From positions 1 to 38,131 of the IMG/VR virus record IMGVR_UViG_3300005405_000058: a stretch of 38,131 nt of DNA. One strand, 5' to 3'. This document shows, one piece after another, positions 16,624-26,826 of this stretch. Position 1 is the stretch's first letter; each line of letters opens with the position of its first letter. A program made the position numbers and the translations under genes. Under the pieces are notes generated by a model. The model saw only the letters and a list, made by a program, of their open reading frames with translations, was not told the DNA's origin and did not search any database. The stretch is from a virus (Duplodnaviria; Caudoviricetes).

Positions 16624-17022
16624 GTGTCAACTAACTACGATCATAATACATTACCAGAATTCATATCAGAGGACTTAGAACCATCTCAGCTATTTCAGTT
16701 AAGTTGTAAACTATCGAATGAGGTAGCACGATTATCTAAAATAGTTGGTGGGTATGAAGTTGCTTTTAAAACTGCTCAGCGAAATTATAAAAATCAATTA
16801 AGTGAAGAAATTGTATTACATAGAGAAGTAAAGACCGCTACCGTTTTAAAGGCAATAGCTGAAAGTGAACCATATGTAAAAGAATTAGCCGTTATTTTAG
16901 ATCAATCAGAAGTATTGTTGATCATGGCTAAAGCGGAACTGGATGGACGCGATAAGCAATACCAAGGAATAAAGAAACTAATTGATCTTAAAGTCCAGGA
17001 GTTAAGAACATTTAGAGGATAA
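16624..17022 (+). CDS. Helical coiled-coil protein
   Basis: 132-aa, all-alpha pattern. Confidence 0.65.
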   Translation: MSTNYDHNTLPEFISEDLEPSQLFQLSCKLSNEVARLSKIVGGYEVAFKTAQRNYKNQLSEEIVLHREVKTATVLKAIAESEPYVKELAVILDQSEVLLIMAKAELDGRDKQYQGIKKLIDLKVQELRTFRG

Positions 17023-17038
17023 CAGGAGGACACCATAT

Positions 17039-17344
17039 ATGCCATATATGCTATTACACTGTAACAACAAATTATGTAGATACAATGATAATCAAGCACT
17101 GCTATGTGGTGCTACTGATATTCACTATGTTGATAGGTTATGTATCACGTTCAAGTCACGATGACGCACAACAGACTTACAACGTGCTGAGCAAAGTCCA
17201 TGCCAATGGAAGTCTGCTGATGATGGCAATGGTTACACTCTTAGTATCTTAGGAGCGATCAATGCAATAGCTACATGGCTTGGCATCTGCCTTGTTGTTG
17301 ATACTGACAATGATACGTTCTACTTTAAAAAGTCTTGGTGGTGA
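17039..17344 (+). pseudogene. Cys-rich small ORF (17039-17164) with a degenerate in-frame continuation
   Basis: SD AGGAGG; MPYMLLHCNNKLCRYN...C...C then TGA. The frame stays open ~46 more codons, and a shifted frame ends ...FYFKKSWW*. Confidence 0.4.
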
Positions 17345-17362
17345 TCGTCACTTGGATATTTT

Positions 17363-17408
17363 AGGTACTTCCTAGGGGGTGGGAGCCATACGGGTCGCCA
17401 GAGCCCCG
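17363..17408 (+). other. Lambda-like cos site (cosQ/cosN)
   Basis: AGGTACT + 23 nt ending TACG, then GGTCGCCAGAGCCCCG. Same spacing as lambda GGGTCCT...TTACG|GGGCGGCGACCT. Directly upstream of the small terminase. Confidence 0.6.
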
Positions 17409-17475
17409 AAAACTCTCTCTGAAAAATTGGTTTTTTTCGGTTGACAAACTGACAAGGGAGGTGGTGCATAAATGA

Positions 17476-18006
17476 ATGCATAAAAATACAAAAGATACTG
17501 CGAAGCCAGAAAATACCTTTATTTTTAGTAGTGCTGAGATATGTGAGTTTTTTGGTATCTCACGTGAGACTTTGTCAGGTTGGGCAAAAAAAGGTGCACC
17601 AAAAGAAAGTCGAGGAAATTGGGACCTAAAAAAATTGGTTGAATGGAAAATTGGGGCTGGAAATAAAAAAGAAGATAGTCCAGAATTACGGAAGTTAAAA
17701 GCGGATGTAAGGTACCGTGAAACAAAGGCTGATTTGGAAGAAATAAAAAAGCTAGAAAAGGTAGGTCAATATGTATCAGTTGATGATGTTGAAAGTTCTA
17801 TGGCCGAGGTATTTCTTAGAATAAAACAAGGGCTGTTATATATGGGGCATCGGATTGCAACCGAACTCAACGCCCAGTATCCAGAATTAGCCCTGGACGC
17901 AAAGAGGTTAGTTGATGAAGAAGTTACGAAAGGACTTACTCAGCTTGCAACGACAGGAGAATATTCTTCTGCAAAAGGGAGCAGGCGTAAAACAAACACT
18001 ACATAA
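17476..18006 (+). CDS. Terminase small subunit (Nu1-like)
   Basis: N-terminal wHTH (ICEFFGISRETLSGWAKKGAP...WDL), coiled coil, gene position. Confidence 0.85.
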   Translation: MHKNTKDTAKPENTFIFSSAEICEFFGISRETLSGWAKKGAPKESRGNWDLKKLVEWKIGAGNKKEDSPELRKLKADVRYRETKADLEEIKKLEKVGQYVSVDDVESSMAEVFLRIKQGLLYMGHRIATELNAQYPELALDAKRLVDEEVTKGLTQLATTGEYSSAKGSRRKTNTT

Positions 18007-19798
18007 AGCAATTAATAAAGCATTACAGGTATTTTTGCCTCCAGAAAAATTGACCGTTTCAGAATGGGCAGACAAACATAGGGTGCTGTCATCGGAAGAA
18101 ACAAGTAGACCAGGTCTGTGGGATACGAATACTGTTCCATATATGCGTTTTATAATGGACTGCTTTAATGATGACCAGATACAGGAAGTAAGTCTTCTAA
18201 AGTGTACTCAGATCGCGGGTACTGAGGGATTATTAAATATAGCCGGATATATTATAGACCAAGATCCTAGCAGAATTATATATGTTTTACCTGATGATGA
18301 CTTGTGCAAAGAGTTCTCAGATATGCGTATGCAAAAAATGCTAAAAAACTGCCCATCATTGGCTGAAAAATTCGATGCCAATAATAGTAAAGATACGCTT
18401 CTAAAATTTAGAGGCGGTTTTTTATTATTTGGGTCAGCTCATTCACCAACAGATTTAGCAAGCTGGTCCTCCAGAGTTGTTATCCTTGATGAAATAGATA
18501 AGTATCCTCTGTGGTCAGGACGAGAATCTAGTCCGATAAAACTTGTTACTGAACGTGCGAAAAACTGGTGGAATAAAAAGATTTTTAAGGTATCAACCCC
18601 AACATTAAAAACAGGCCCAATATATATGGCTTATGAAAAATCAGATGCCAAGTATGAGTATCGTATGCCATGTCCACATTGCGCTCATGAACAAATTTTT
18701 AATTTTAAAAATATAAAATGGCCTAAAAAAGAGGATGAGAGTTATGATATCAATGCTGTTTATTACTCAGCTTATTATGAGTGTGAACATTGTCATGGGC
18801 GTATTGATGACCGACACAAGCCAGGAATGCTTAGAGCTGGACGTTGGGTTCAGAAAAATAAATTTACTGGGCGTATTCGCACTGTAGGTTTTCATATCAA
18901 TTCAATTTATTCGCCATGGTTAACATTTGGACAGGTTGCTGCTGAATTTTTAAATAGTAAAGATGACCCTGCGGATCTAATGAATTTTACCAATAGTTGG
19001 TTGGGAGAACCTTGGGAAGATAAGGCTGCAACGTTAGATAGTAGTAAGGTTCTTGAAAAACAAACGGAATTAGAAGAAGGCGTTGTACCTGATTATACTC
19101 AGCTGATAACAGCCGGAGTCGATGTGCAAAAAAATAGAATGTATTGGACAATCAGAGCATGGGGAGCACAGTATACCAGTCAAAATATTGCTCATGGCAT
19201 GGTAGAAACATGGGAAGATTTAGAGTTTATCATGAATAAACATTGGCCTGATACTAATGGTGAACTAAAATGGCAAGTAAATTTATGCGCAATAGATTCA
19301 GGTTATGATACTGAAAATGTATATGATTTTTGTCTTGTAAATCAAGATTGGGCTGTACCTGTAAAGGGTTCATCCACTCAGATGGTTGCCAGGTTTAAGA
19401 AAAGTATAATTGATAACATTTCGTCTAAATCCTATGGACAAACATTGTACATTGTTGACGGAGACCAATATAAAAACGTAATTGCAGCTAGGTTGAATCG
19501 TTCTGTTGGCACTGGTTGCTTTATGACATTTAAAGATTGTGACTTAGATTATGCAGAACAGCTTACCAGTGAGCATAAAATAAGGACTAAAAAAAATAAT
19601 CGTGAAGTTGAAACTTGGGTACCAAAAACTTCACATGCTCAAAATCACTATTTAGATACCGAAGTATATGCAGCTTTGGCTGCTGATTTGTTACAAGTGC
19701 GCTATTTGTGTGAAATAAAGCCAGAAGTTCAATCCAATAGTACTATAGGGAACAAGGAAGAAGACGAAGATTGGATTAAAGTGAAGGAGGATTGGTGA
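17912..19798 (+). CDS. Terminase large subunit (lambda GpA family)
   Basis: TVSEWADKHR, KCTQIAGTE, ILDEIDKY, VSTPT, AGVDVQK, IDSGY, NHYLDTEVYA. Confidence 0.95.
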   Translation: MMKKLRKDLLSLQRQENILLQKGAGVKQTLHKAINKALQVFLPPEKLTVSEWADKHRVLSSEETSRPGLWDTNTVPYMRFIMDCFNDDQIQEVSLLKCTQIAGTEGLLNIAGYIIDQDPSRIIYVLPDDDLCKEFSDMRMQKMLKNCPSLAEKFDANNSKDTLLKFRGGFLLFGSAHSPTDLASWSSRVVILDEIDKYPLWSGRESSPIKLVTERAKNWWNKKIFKVSTPTLKTGPIYMAYEKSDAKYEYRMPCPHCAHEQIFNFKNIKWPKKEDESYDINAVYYSAYYECEHCHGRIDDRHKPGMLRAGRWVQKNKFTGRIRTVGFHINSIYSPWLTFGQVAAEFLNSKDDPADLMNFTNSWLGEPWEDKAATLDSSKVLEKQTELEEGVVPDYTQLITAGVDVQKNRMYWTIRAWGAQYTSQNIAHGMVETWEDLEFIMNKHWPDTNGELKWQVNLCAIDSGYDTENVYDFCLVNQDWAVPVKGSSTQMVARFKKSIIDNISSKSYGQTLYIVDGDQYKNVIAARLNRSVGTGCFMTFKDCDLDYAEQLTSEHKIRTKKNNREVETWVPKTSHAQNHYLDTEVYAALAADLLQVRYLCEIKPEVQSNSTIGNKEEDEDWIKVKEDW

Positions 19799-20004
19799 TA
19801 ATCGAACAGTTACGTGTACAGTTAGAGCAGATTAATCTAGCGATTAGCAAAATAGAAAGTGGAGCCCAGGAATATAAAATAGGCAGCCGTATGATACGGC
19901 GTGGAGAACTTGCAACTTTATATAAAGAGCGTAGGCAATTGCAAACAGAACTATCTCATTATGAAAATAATGGTGGGATCTATGCAACTGCTTTTTATCG
20001 TTAG
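19792..20004 (+). CDS. Head completion protein (lambda gpW-like)
   Basis: GAQEYKIGSR..L..L motif between terminase and portal. Confidence 0.8.
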   Translation: MVIIEQLRVQLEQINLAISKIESGAQEYKIGSRMIRRGELATLYKERRQLQTELSHYENNGGIYATAFYR

Positions 20005-20015
20005 GAGGTTTTTAA

Positions 20016-21566
20016 GTGGAAGAGAAACAACGTTCTCCTAGTAATAGCGGCATGAATATGCTTGATCGGGCAATAAATTGGGCTAGTCCTAAGTTGGGAT
20101 ATGCACGTATGGCATGGCGTGCTGCCACGCGGGGAGCCTATAACGCAGGAGATATAAGTCGTAGCTCAGAGGGATGGGTTCCTGTAAATGCCAAAGCTGA
20201 ACAAGTGAATCAACTTCAACGCGATTTTGTAAGGGCTAGAACAAGACATGCTGAGCGTAATAGTGACATTATAGGAGGCATTGCAGGTGTCCTGGAAAGA
20301 AATGTTGTTGGTATTGGCTTTAGGATACAGGCACTGACAGATAATGAAGAATTGAATACTACTTTAGAAAATAGTTTCATTGATTGGCAGAAGCCAGCCA
20401 ATTGTGATGTTACAGAATCGCAGGCATTTTGGGAAATATGTAAAATGAACGTCCGTCGTACTGAAGTTGACGGTGGTATTTTGTTGATTAAAACCTATTC
20501 AGGGAATAAACGTTTCCCTTTTCAACTGCAGCTACGTGAAGTAGATGATTTGGACAGCAATGGCATCATGAAATATGGTGAAAATGCAATAGTAAATGGT
20601 GTTGAAGTAGACCGAAAACAAAAGCCAATAGCGTATCATTTTAAAATATTCTCGGCTGATGGTTGGTTTACAGGTAAAACGGAACGTATTGTTGCTAAAA
20701 ATGTATTTGCATTGTGGAAAAAGACACTACCATCACAAATCAGAGAATTTTCTCCATTAGCACCTGCTATTACGAGGATTAATGATACGGAAGAGTATTT
20801 AGATACTATTTCGATCAAGGAAAAAATACTAGCAAGCTTTGCGGCTTTTATAAAACGAACCTTACCTAGTGGCGGTACACCAGGGCGGGGAGTATCACAA
20901 ACGGTTAATAGCAAAGAGTATGATCCACAAACAGGCTATAAGCGCAAAAGGATCACACCAGGTATGCTAATGGATTTACAACCGGGTGACGATGTAACCT
21001 CTGTTGTACCAAATGGGCAAGCAACAAATGCTAAAGAACTGACGACTTTATTTCAGAGACTCGTTGGAGCAGGTCAAGGGCTTAGTTATGAATCCACCAG
21101 TCGCGACATGAGCGAAGTAAATTATTCATCAGCTCGGCAAGGCTTGTTGGAAGATCAAAGAACATATGCAGATTGGCAACAATGGTTAATTGATCATTTT
21201 TTAGGCAGTGTTTACGAAGAAGTAATTACTAGTGCAGTACTATCTGGTGAGATTAATATTCCTGACTTTTGGCAGAACAAAGCTAAATATTTAAAACACA
21301 AATGGATTGCCCCAGGGTGGAGCTGGATTGATCCAGTGAAGGAAGCGAAAGCAAATGACATAGCAATGGATACGGGTCAAGATAATCTTGCAAATATATG
21401 TGCCCGTGTTGGTTACGATTGGCGTGAAATCATGGAGCAACGCGCCAAGGAATTTGCTTATCAAAAGCAACTAGAAGAAAAATACGGTATCACTATGGAT
21501 AGTGAAGGGGGGAAGCAACTTGCCATCAATAACAAACCAGACTCCAAAGTGGGCAAAGGATCTTGA
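20016..21566 (+). CDS. Portal protein, lambda family
   Basis: VVGIG, NYSSARQGLLE, WSWIDPVKEA. Confidence 0.95.
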   Translation: MEEKQRSPSNSGMNMLDRAINWASPKLGYARMAWRAATRGAYNAGDISRSSEGWVPVNAKAEQVNQLQRDFVRARTRHAERNSDIIGGIAGVLERNVVGIGFRIQALTDNEELNTTLENSFIDWQKPANCDVTESQAFWEICKMNVRRTEVDGGILLIKTYSGNKRFPFQLQLREVDDLDSNGIMKYGENAIVNGVEVDRKQKPIAYHFKIFSADGWFTGKTERIVAKNVFALWKKTLPSQIREFSPLAPAITRINDTEEYLDTISIKEKILASFAAFIKRTLPSGGTPGRGVSQTVNSKEYDPQTGYKRKRITPGMLMDLQPGDDVTSVVPNGQATNAKELTTLFQRLVGAGQGLSYESTSRDMSEVNYSSARQGLLEDQRTYADWQQWLIDHFLGSVYEEVITSAVLSGEINIPDFWQNKAKYLKHKWIAPGWSWIDPVKEAKANDIAMDTGQDNLANICARVGYDWREIMEQRAKEFAYQKQLEEKYGITMDSEGGKQLAINNKPDSKVGKGS

Positions 21567-23406
21567 ACGTAGTTTTAATCTTACGAGAGCGGCCATTGAT
21601 GTTGACAAACGAATGGTACCGCTCTCTTTTTCGAGTGAAACTACAGAGGTAACTCGATGGGGAGACGTGGAGATCCTTGATCATTCCCCAGGGGCTTGCG
21701 ACTTAACTCAATTAAACGATATCGGCGTACTATTATTTAATCATAATGTAGACGTACCGATAGGTGGAATTGAGTCTGCTGTTATCGCTAATAATCGAGG
21801 AGAAGCAATTGTTAGATTCGACGCTGATGAGGAAAGTGATAAGTACTTTCAGAAAGTGGTCAGCGGAACATTAAAAGCTGTTAGTTGCCGATATACAGTC
21901 AGTGTATGGGAACAAGTGTTGTCTAATGCTATTTCTAGCTGTGGTCGCTTTACTGGACCGTGTTATATCGCACGCAAATGGAAAGTAACTGAAATATCAA
22001 TTGTTTCCATCCCGGCTGATTCTTCAGTTGGTGTTGGACGTTCTGCTGAAACTGACGAAAGTCGTTCAGATATAGAAGAAAAATTAAGGAGTGAAGTGAA
22101 TATGAATGAACCATTAGAAACCAATCCAAGTACGCCAGATAATGAAGCAATTCGTGCCCAGGCTATTGCTGATGAAAGAACACGTTCAGAGGGGATTATG
22201 GCTTTATGCCGTGATTTTGGTATTGATCCTGCTGAACATCTTAGAGGTGGTCAAAGCATACAAGTAGTACAATCTGCTGTATTAGAACAATTACGTAAAA
22301 ATAATCAACCTTCATCCACGACCAGAACGGAAGTGAAAATGGAAGAACGTGAAAAATTTACTCGTGCCGCTGCTGATGCAATTTTACTAAGAGGCGGCGT
22401 AATATTGGATAAGCCTGCAGATGGTGCGAGCGAACTACGATCAATGAGATTGCGTGACTTGATGATTGATTGTGTGGAGCGCGAAGGTAACTCAAAAGCA
22501 CGTTACTTAGATGATGCTGGGCTGATCCGAGAAGCATTAACTGGGGCGGGTGCTTTTGCTGGAATTTTATCTAATGCCGCGAATAAATCCTTGTCAAACG
22601 GTTATGCAGCGGCAGAAACAACATTTGAACAGTGGACTGGAACGGGAAGTAATCCGGATTTTAAAGAGGCAACCGAATATAGGCTATCGGAAGCTGGCGA
22701 ACTTTTAAAAATGACTGCTAGTGGTGAATTTAAGCATGATGAGATGAAAGATTCCGGAACAAAAAAATCAGTGCTTACATATGGCCGTTCTTGGGGGATT
22801 ACCCGTCAGGCATTAATGAATGATGACTTAGGGGCATTGACTAAAATTCCTGCCGCTTATGCAGCAGCAGCAAAACGAGGTATTAATACTCTCGTATATG
22901 CAACACTAGGCAAAGCTAATGCAAGTATTTTTGCAAGCGATAAAGGAAATCTAGCTGCAAATGGTTCTGCACCAAGCATTATTAGTATTGGTGATGGACG
23001 GGCTGCTATGAGAAAACAAAAAAACTTGCGAGGGAAAGAAACTTTAAATATCGCGCCTAAGTATATACTAATTCCTACTGGCTTGGAGACTGAAACTGAA
23101 CAGTTACTGACAAGTATTACTGATCCAGCTTCGTCTAATTCTGGTGTTCGCAATCCGTTCACTGGTAAATTAATTCCGATCTGTGATGCTGAACTTGATC
23201 AATATTCTGCAAATGCTTGGTATCTGGCAACACAAGCAGGCTTAGTTGACACAATAGAGGTAACATATCTGAACGGTCAAAAGAGTCCTGTAATTGAATC
23301 ACAGGTTGCTTTTGATGTATTAGGCATGAAGTGGAGAATTTATATTGACTATGGTGTGACGTTACTTGACTTCCGCGGTCTTTATAAAAACCCAGGGAAA
23401 AATTAA
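21520..23406 (+). CDS. Prohead protease / major capsid fusion protein
   Basis: N-terminal LLFNHN...EISIVSIPAD protease; C-terminal capsid (TYGRSWGITRQALMNDDLG, DFRGLYKNPG). Confidence 0.9.
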   Translation: MPSITNQTPKWAKDLERSFNLTRAAIDVDKRMVPLSFSSETTEVTRWGDVEILDHSPGACDLTQLNDIGVLLFNHNVDVPIGGIESAVIANNRGEAIVRFDADEESDKYFQKVVSGTLKAVSCRYTVSVWEQVLSNAISSCGRFTGPCYIARKWKVTEISIVSIPADSSVGVGRSAETDESRSDIEEKLRSEVNMNEPLETNPSTPDNEAIRAQAIADERTRSEGIMALCRDFGIDPAEHLRGGQSIQVVQSAVLEQLRKNNQPSSTTRTEVKMEEREKFTRAAADAILLRGGVILDKPADGASELRSMRLRDLMIDCVEREGNSKARYLDDAGLIREALTGAGAFAGILSNAANKSLSNGYAAAETTFEQWTGTGSNPDFKEATEYRLSEAGELLKMTASGEFKHDEMKDSGTKKSVLTYGRSWGITRQALMNDDLGALTKIPAAYAAAAKRGINTLVYATLGKANASIFASDKGNLAANGSAPSIISIGDGRAAMRKQKNLRGKETLNIAPKYILIPTGLETETEQLLTSITDPASSNSGVRNPFTGKLIPICDAELDQYSANAWYLATQAGLVDTIEVTYLNGQKSPVIESQVAFDVLGMKWRIYIDYGVTLLDFRGLYKNPGKN

Positions 23407-23426
23407 TAAAAAAGGAGATGATTTGA

Positions 23427-23756
23427 ATGTCTAAAGCAGTATTTGTCCAAAAAGGAGATATTCTAGACTTTACAAACAGTGGTACTACTGACATTGAATA
23501 CATGGAAGTGGTGGTCGTTGGTGCACGTATTGGAGTAGCCCAAGAGCCTATTGCAAAGGATGCTACTGGATCAGTTTCAGTATCTGGTGTATATCAAATT
23601 CCTGCTGATAGTACCACGGCTTTTGCTGTAGGAGATGAATTATTTTGGGATAAAACAAATGGAAAGGCCATTAAGACCGCTGGTGGTATTTCTGCAGGAT
23701 GGGCGTTTGCTGATAAAACAGTAGCTGGTATCGATATTTTGGTGAAAATAAACTGA
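23427..23756 (+). CDS. Capsid cement protein (DUF2190-like)
   Basis: FVQKGD..., GVA..IA.., GDELFWD. Confidence 0.85.
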   Translation: MSKAVFVQKGDILDFTNSGTTDIEYMEVVVVGARIGVAQEPIAKDATGSVSVSGVYQIPADSTTAFAVGDELFWDKTNGKAIKTAGGISAGWAFADKTVAGIDILVKIN

Positions 23757-23757
23757 G

Positions 23758-24078
23758 ATGGGATTTAAAGAGCAGATTATTGACGATATGAATGTTTTTT
23801 TAGATCTCGATGTGTTTGCCAAATATCACAATATAAATGGGCAGCAGGTATTGTGTATTATTGATAACGATGTAAATAAACAGCGTAGCGGTCGTGAATC
23901 AGAACAATATGATGGGATATTTTTATCAATGATAAAAGTATTTGTAAAAATATCAGATCTAACCAAAAAACCAGTGTACGGCAAATTATTCAAGATTGAT
24001 GATAGGCCATATACCATTATTGAATGCAGTGAAAATACTGGTATGTATGAAATTACATTAGGGTGGAATGCGACATGA
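23758..24078 (+). CDS. Head-tail joining protein
   Basis: MGFKEQIIDD..FLDLDVFA pattern and gene position. Confidence 0.7.
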   Translation: MGFKEQIIDDMNVFLDLDVFAKYHNINGQQVLCIIDNDVNKQRSGRESEQYDGIFLSMIKVFVKISDLTKKPVYGKLFKIDDRPYTIIECSENTGMYEITLGWNAT

Positions 24079-24611
24079 TACGATTTGACGAAAGTCAAAT
24101 AAGGCACGCAATGCAAGTACTGCAACATTTGCCTAGCGAAGTGCCTAAAGTGGCATCGCGAGCTCTTAATCGTGCGGCAAATAGCGTACGTACTACTGCT
24201 GCGCGGGAGACATCAAAAGGGTATGTTATACGAGTTGGTGAAGTAAGAAATACAATAAAAATTAATGGGGCTACTGCAGGTAAATTGCATGCTGTTGTAA
24301 AAGCAAGAGATACTCGGAGACCTCTTATTAATTTTAAAGTAAGAAGTACACCTAGTATGCTAAAAGTCGAAGTAAAGCGTGGTCAACAAAAGAACTTCCC
24401 AAAAGCTTTCATAAATAAAGGCATGTCATCAGGGAAATTACATGTGCTACGTCGGGTTGGGAGAGATCGATATCCAATACAGATAAAGTACGGCCCATCT
24501 ATACCGGAGATGATTGGTTCTCCATCTGTGAGCAAATTTGTAGAAGATAACGCCGTTGAAACTCTTGAAAAACGTCTCGACCATGAAATAAACCGCATCT
24601 TAATGAGGTGA
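24075..24611 (+). CDS. Minor tail / neck protein (gpZ-like)
   Basis: RALNRAA...YGPSIPEM...RLDHEINRIL. Confidence 0.8.
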   Translation: MIRFDESQIRHAMQVLQHLPSEVPKVASRALNRAANSVRTTAARETSKGYVIRVGEVRNTIKINGATAGKLHAVVKARDTRRPLINFKVRSTPSMLKVEVKRGQQKNFPKAFINKGMSSGKLHVLRRVGRDRYPIQIKYGPSIPEMIGSPSVSKFVEDNAVETLEKRLDHEINRILMR

Positions 24612-24617
24612 TAATGA

Positions 24618-25115
24618 TTGACACCGCTAATTTTATTAGATGAATTATGCAAGGAACTTACTGGCATTGTTCAAAATTTTCGACTACAAACCACAAAAAA
24701 AACGACAATTCCTCCTAGAGTATGGCCGGGATATTTACCAACCAATGATAATAATGAGAATGAAGATGAAGAGGTAACATTCCCATATGTGATTGCCCGG
24801 ATAATTGATGTAGAGGATAAAGAAAAAGAGTCTATAGCAAAAATCGTCATCTTAATCGGTACTTACTCTGAGGATGATGATTTTTGGCGTGATTGTATTA
24901 ATGTTGGGGAGCGTATTAGACAAGGATTACTGATTAAGCGGCAGTTAGGCAATCAATTTAGGATGAAACTTCCTTTGAAGCTGGAATGTCCAGATGGAAC
25001 GCAACAACCATATCCTGAAGCCATTGCATGGCTGACAACGCTTTGGCATATTTCGCAACCACAACAAAGATTAGAGGAGGGTATTTATGGCGAAAACATT
25101 CCCGGACGCAATTAA
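24618..25115 (+). CDS. Tail terminator / completion protein
   Basis: FPYVIARI motif; position before the sheath. Confidence 0.65.
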   Translation: MTPLILLDELCKELTGIVQNFRLQTTKKTTIPPRVWPGYLPTNDNNENEDEEVTFPYVIARIIDVEDKEKESIAKIVILIGTYSEDDDFWRDCINVGERIRQGLLIKRQLGNQFRMKLPLKLECPDGTQQPYPEAIAWLTTLWHISQPQQRLEEGIYGENIPGRN

Positions 25116-25359
25116 ACGTCCGGAACAATTAATTTATATTGGACCTAACCTACCGGGTGGAGTATTGCAAAGGTACACTGTATTTAAAGGTGGCATACCA
25201 TTGCACATAGCTGAAACAACTGAAAAATGTCCTGCAATCAAGGGGCTATTCGTTCCGGTTAATCAGTTATCGAATGCCGAACAGTCTTTAAAAACGGCAG
25301 GAACCGTGGAGAATACGCTGTTTAACGCAGTAGTAGACCATGTGAGAGGGGGCAAATAA
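25087..25359 (+). CDS. Small tail-associated protein
   Basis: IYIGPNLP motif; precedes the sheath. Confidence 0.65.
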   Translation: MAKTFPDAIKRPEQLIYIGPNLPGGVLQRYTVFKGGIPLHIAETTEKCPAIKGLFVPVNQLSNAEQSLKTAGTVENTLFNAVVDHVRGGK

Positions 25360-25360
25360 C

Positions 25361-26812
25361 ATGGCATATAAACATGGTGTCTATGGGTCAGAAGTGCCTA
25401 CATCATTAGTTCCAACAGTAAAAACATCAGCAGGGTTGCCAGTGGTATTTGGGACAGCTCCTATTCATATGGCTAAAAACCCTGTACCAGCAAATAAGCC
25501 TGTTTTATGCTACACATATGCAGAATTTGTTGATCAATTCGGATATCACACGGATTGGAGTAAATACACACTCTGCGAATTTGCGAAATCACATTTTGCA
25601 TTGTTTAATGTGGCACCAGTGGTCTTTGTAAACGTGCTTGATTCTGCAGTCCATAAAACTGCTGTACCTACTAAGACGGTAAACCTTGCATCAGGGGTTG
25701 GTATTCTTGATGAAGACGGAGTGTTACTGCCTACGTTAGTTGTAAAGCTAACTGCTGAAGGCAGTCCGTTGACTAAAAATATTGACTATACAGCGGCATT
25801 CAATGGAGATGGCAAAGTTGTTATTTCTCGAATTACTACAGGAACAATACCGGATAATCAGGCAACGTTATTAGCTACATATACGAAACTCAATCCTGCA
25901 GTTGTTGCCAGTGCTGATATTATTGGCGGCGTTGATATTGAAACAGGCAATTACGAAGGTTTAGAACTGGTTAATAGGGTTTTCCCTATGTTCCGTATAA
26001 TACCTGGTCAGATTGTTGCACCTGGTTGGAGTTGTGATCCTGCGGTAGCGGCAGTAATGACAGCTAAAGCTAGTAATATTAATGGACATTTTAAATGTAT
26101 TGCAGTGACGGATGTTCCCACTGATACCGTTAAAAAATATACCGATGTGGCAGCATGGAAAAATGATAATAATTATGTGAGTGAACGGCAAATTGTTTGT
26201 TGGCCACTAGCGAAATTAGGTAGTGAGGTATTCCATTTAAGTACTCAAACAGCGGGGATTATTTGCAAGACTGATGCAGCCAACGATGATGTACCTTATG
26301 TAAGCCCATCTAATAAGTCGTTACAGGCAAACGGTGCTGTAATTTCAGATGGTACTGAGGTCAACCTCGGTCCCGATCAAGCAGCGTACATGAATGGGCA
26401 GGGTATTGTTACTGCTCTAAATTTTGTCGGAGGTTGGAAGCTTTGGGGTAATCGTACTGGTTGCTATCCTGGTATTACAGATCCAAAAGACGCATTTATC
26501 CCCATTCGACGTATGTTTGACTGGATCAATAATACGTTAATTTTGACGTTCTGGCAGAAAGTTGATGCACCACTTAATAAACGGCTAGTTGACACAATCC
26601 TAGATAGTGCAAATATCTGGTTAAACGGACTGGCCGCTAGGCAAATGGTTTTAGGCGGGCGGGTTGTACTACTAGAGTCGGAAAATCCTACGACTGATCT
26701 GATAGATGGCATTATTAGATTTCATGTCTACCTTACGCCACCAGGACCAGCACGGGAAATTGACTTTATCATTGAGTATGATCCTACATATCTTGCAACA
26801 TTGTTTGCGTAA
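25361..26812 (+). CDS. Tail sheath protein
   Basis: MAYKHGVY, SPSNK, WKLWGNRT, IRRMFDW. Confidence 0.95.
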   Translation: MAYKHGVYGSEVPTSLVPTVKTSAGLPVVFGTAPIHMAKNPVPANKPVLCYTYAEFVDQFGYHTDWSKYTLCEFAKSHFALFNVAPVVFVNVLDSAVHKTAVPTKTVNLASGVGILDEDGVLLPTLVVKLTAEGSPLTKNIDYTAAFNGDGKVVISRITTGTIPDNQATLLATYTKLNPAVVASADIIGGVDIETGNYEGLELVNRVFPMFRIIPGQIVAPGWSCDPAVAAVMTAKASNINGHFKCIAVTDVPTDTVKKYTDVAAWKNDNNYVSERQIVCWPLAKLGSEVFHLSTQTAGIICKTDAANDDVPYVSPSNKSLQANGAVISDGTEVNLGPDQAAYMNGQGIVTALNFVGGWKLWGNRTGCYPGITDPKDAFIPIRRMFDWINNTLILTFWQKVDAPLNKRLVDTILDSANIWLNGLAARQMVLGGRVVLLESENPTTDLIDGIIRFHVYLTPPGPAREIDFIIEYDPTYLATLFA

Positions 26813-26826
26813 GGAGGTAAAAAAAT

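Noticed and set aside
16624-17022. Possible UvsY-like recombination mediator
   Set aside because: Only size and helical pattern support it; no recognisable motif.
17162-17164. TGA considered as a selenocysteine codon
   Set aside because: No evident SECIS or catalytic context; a CGA>TGA nonsense change is simpler.
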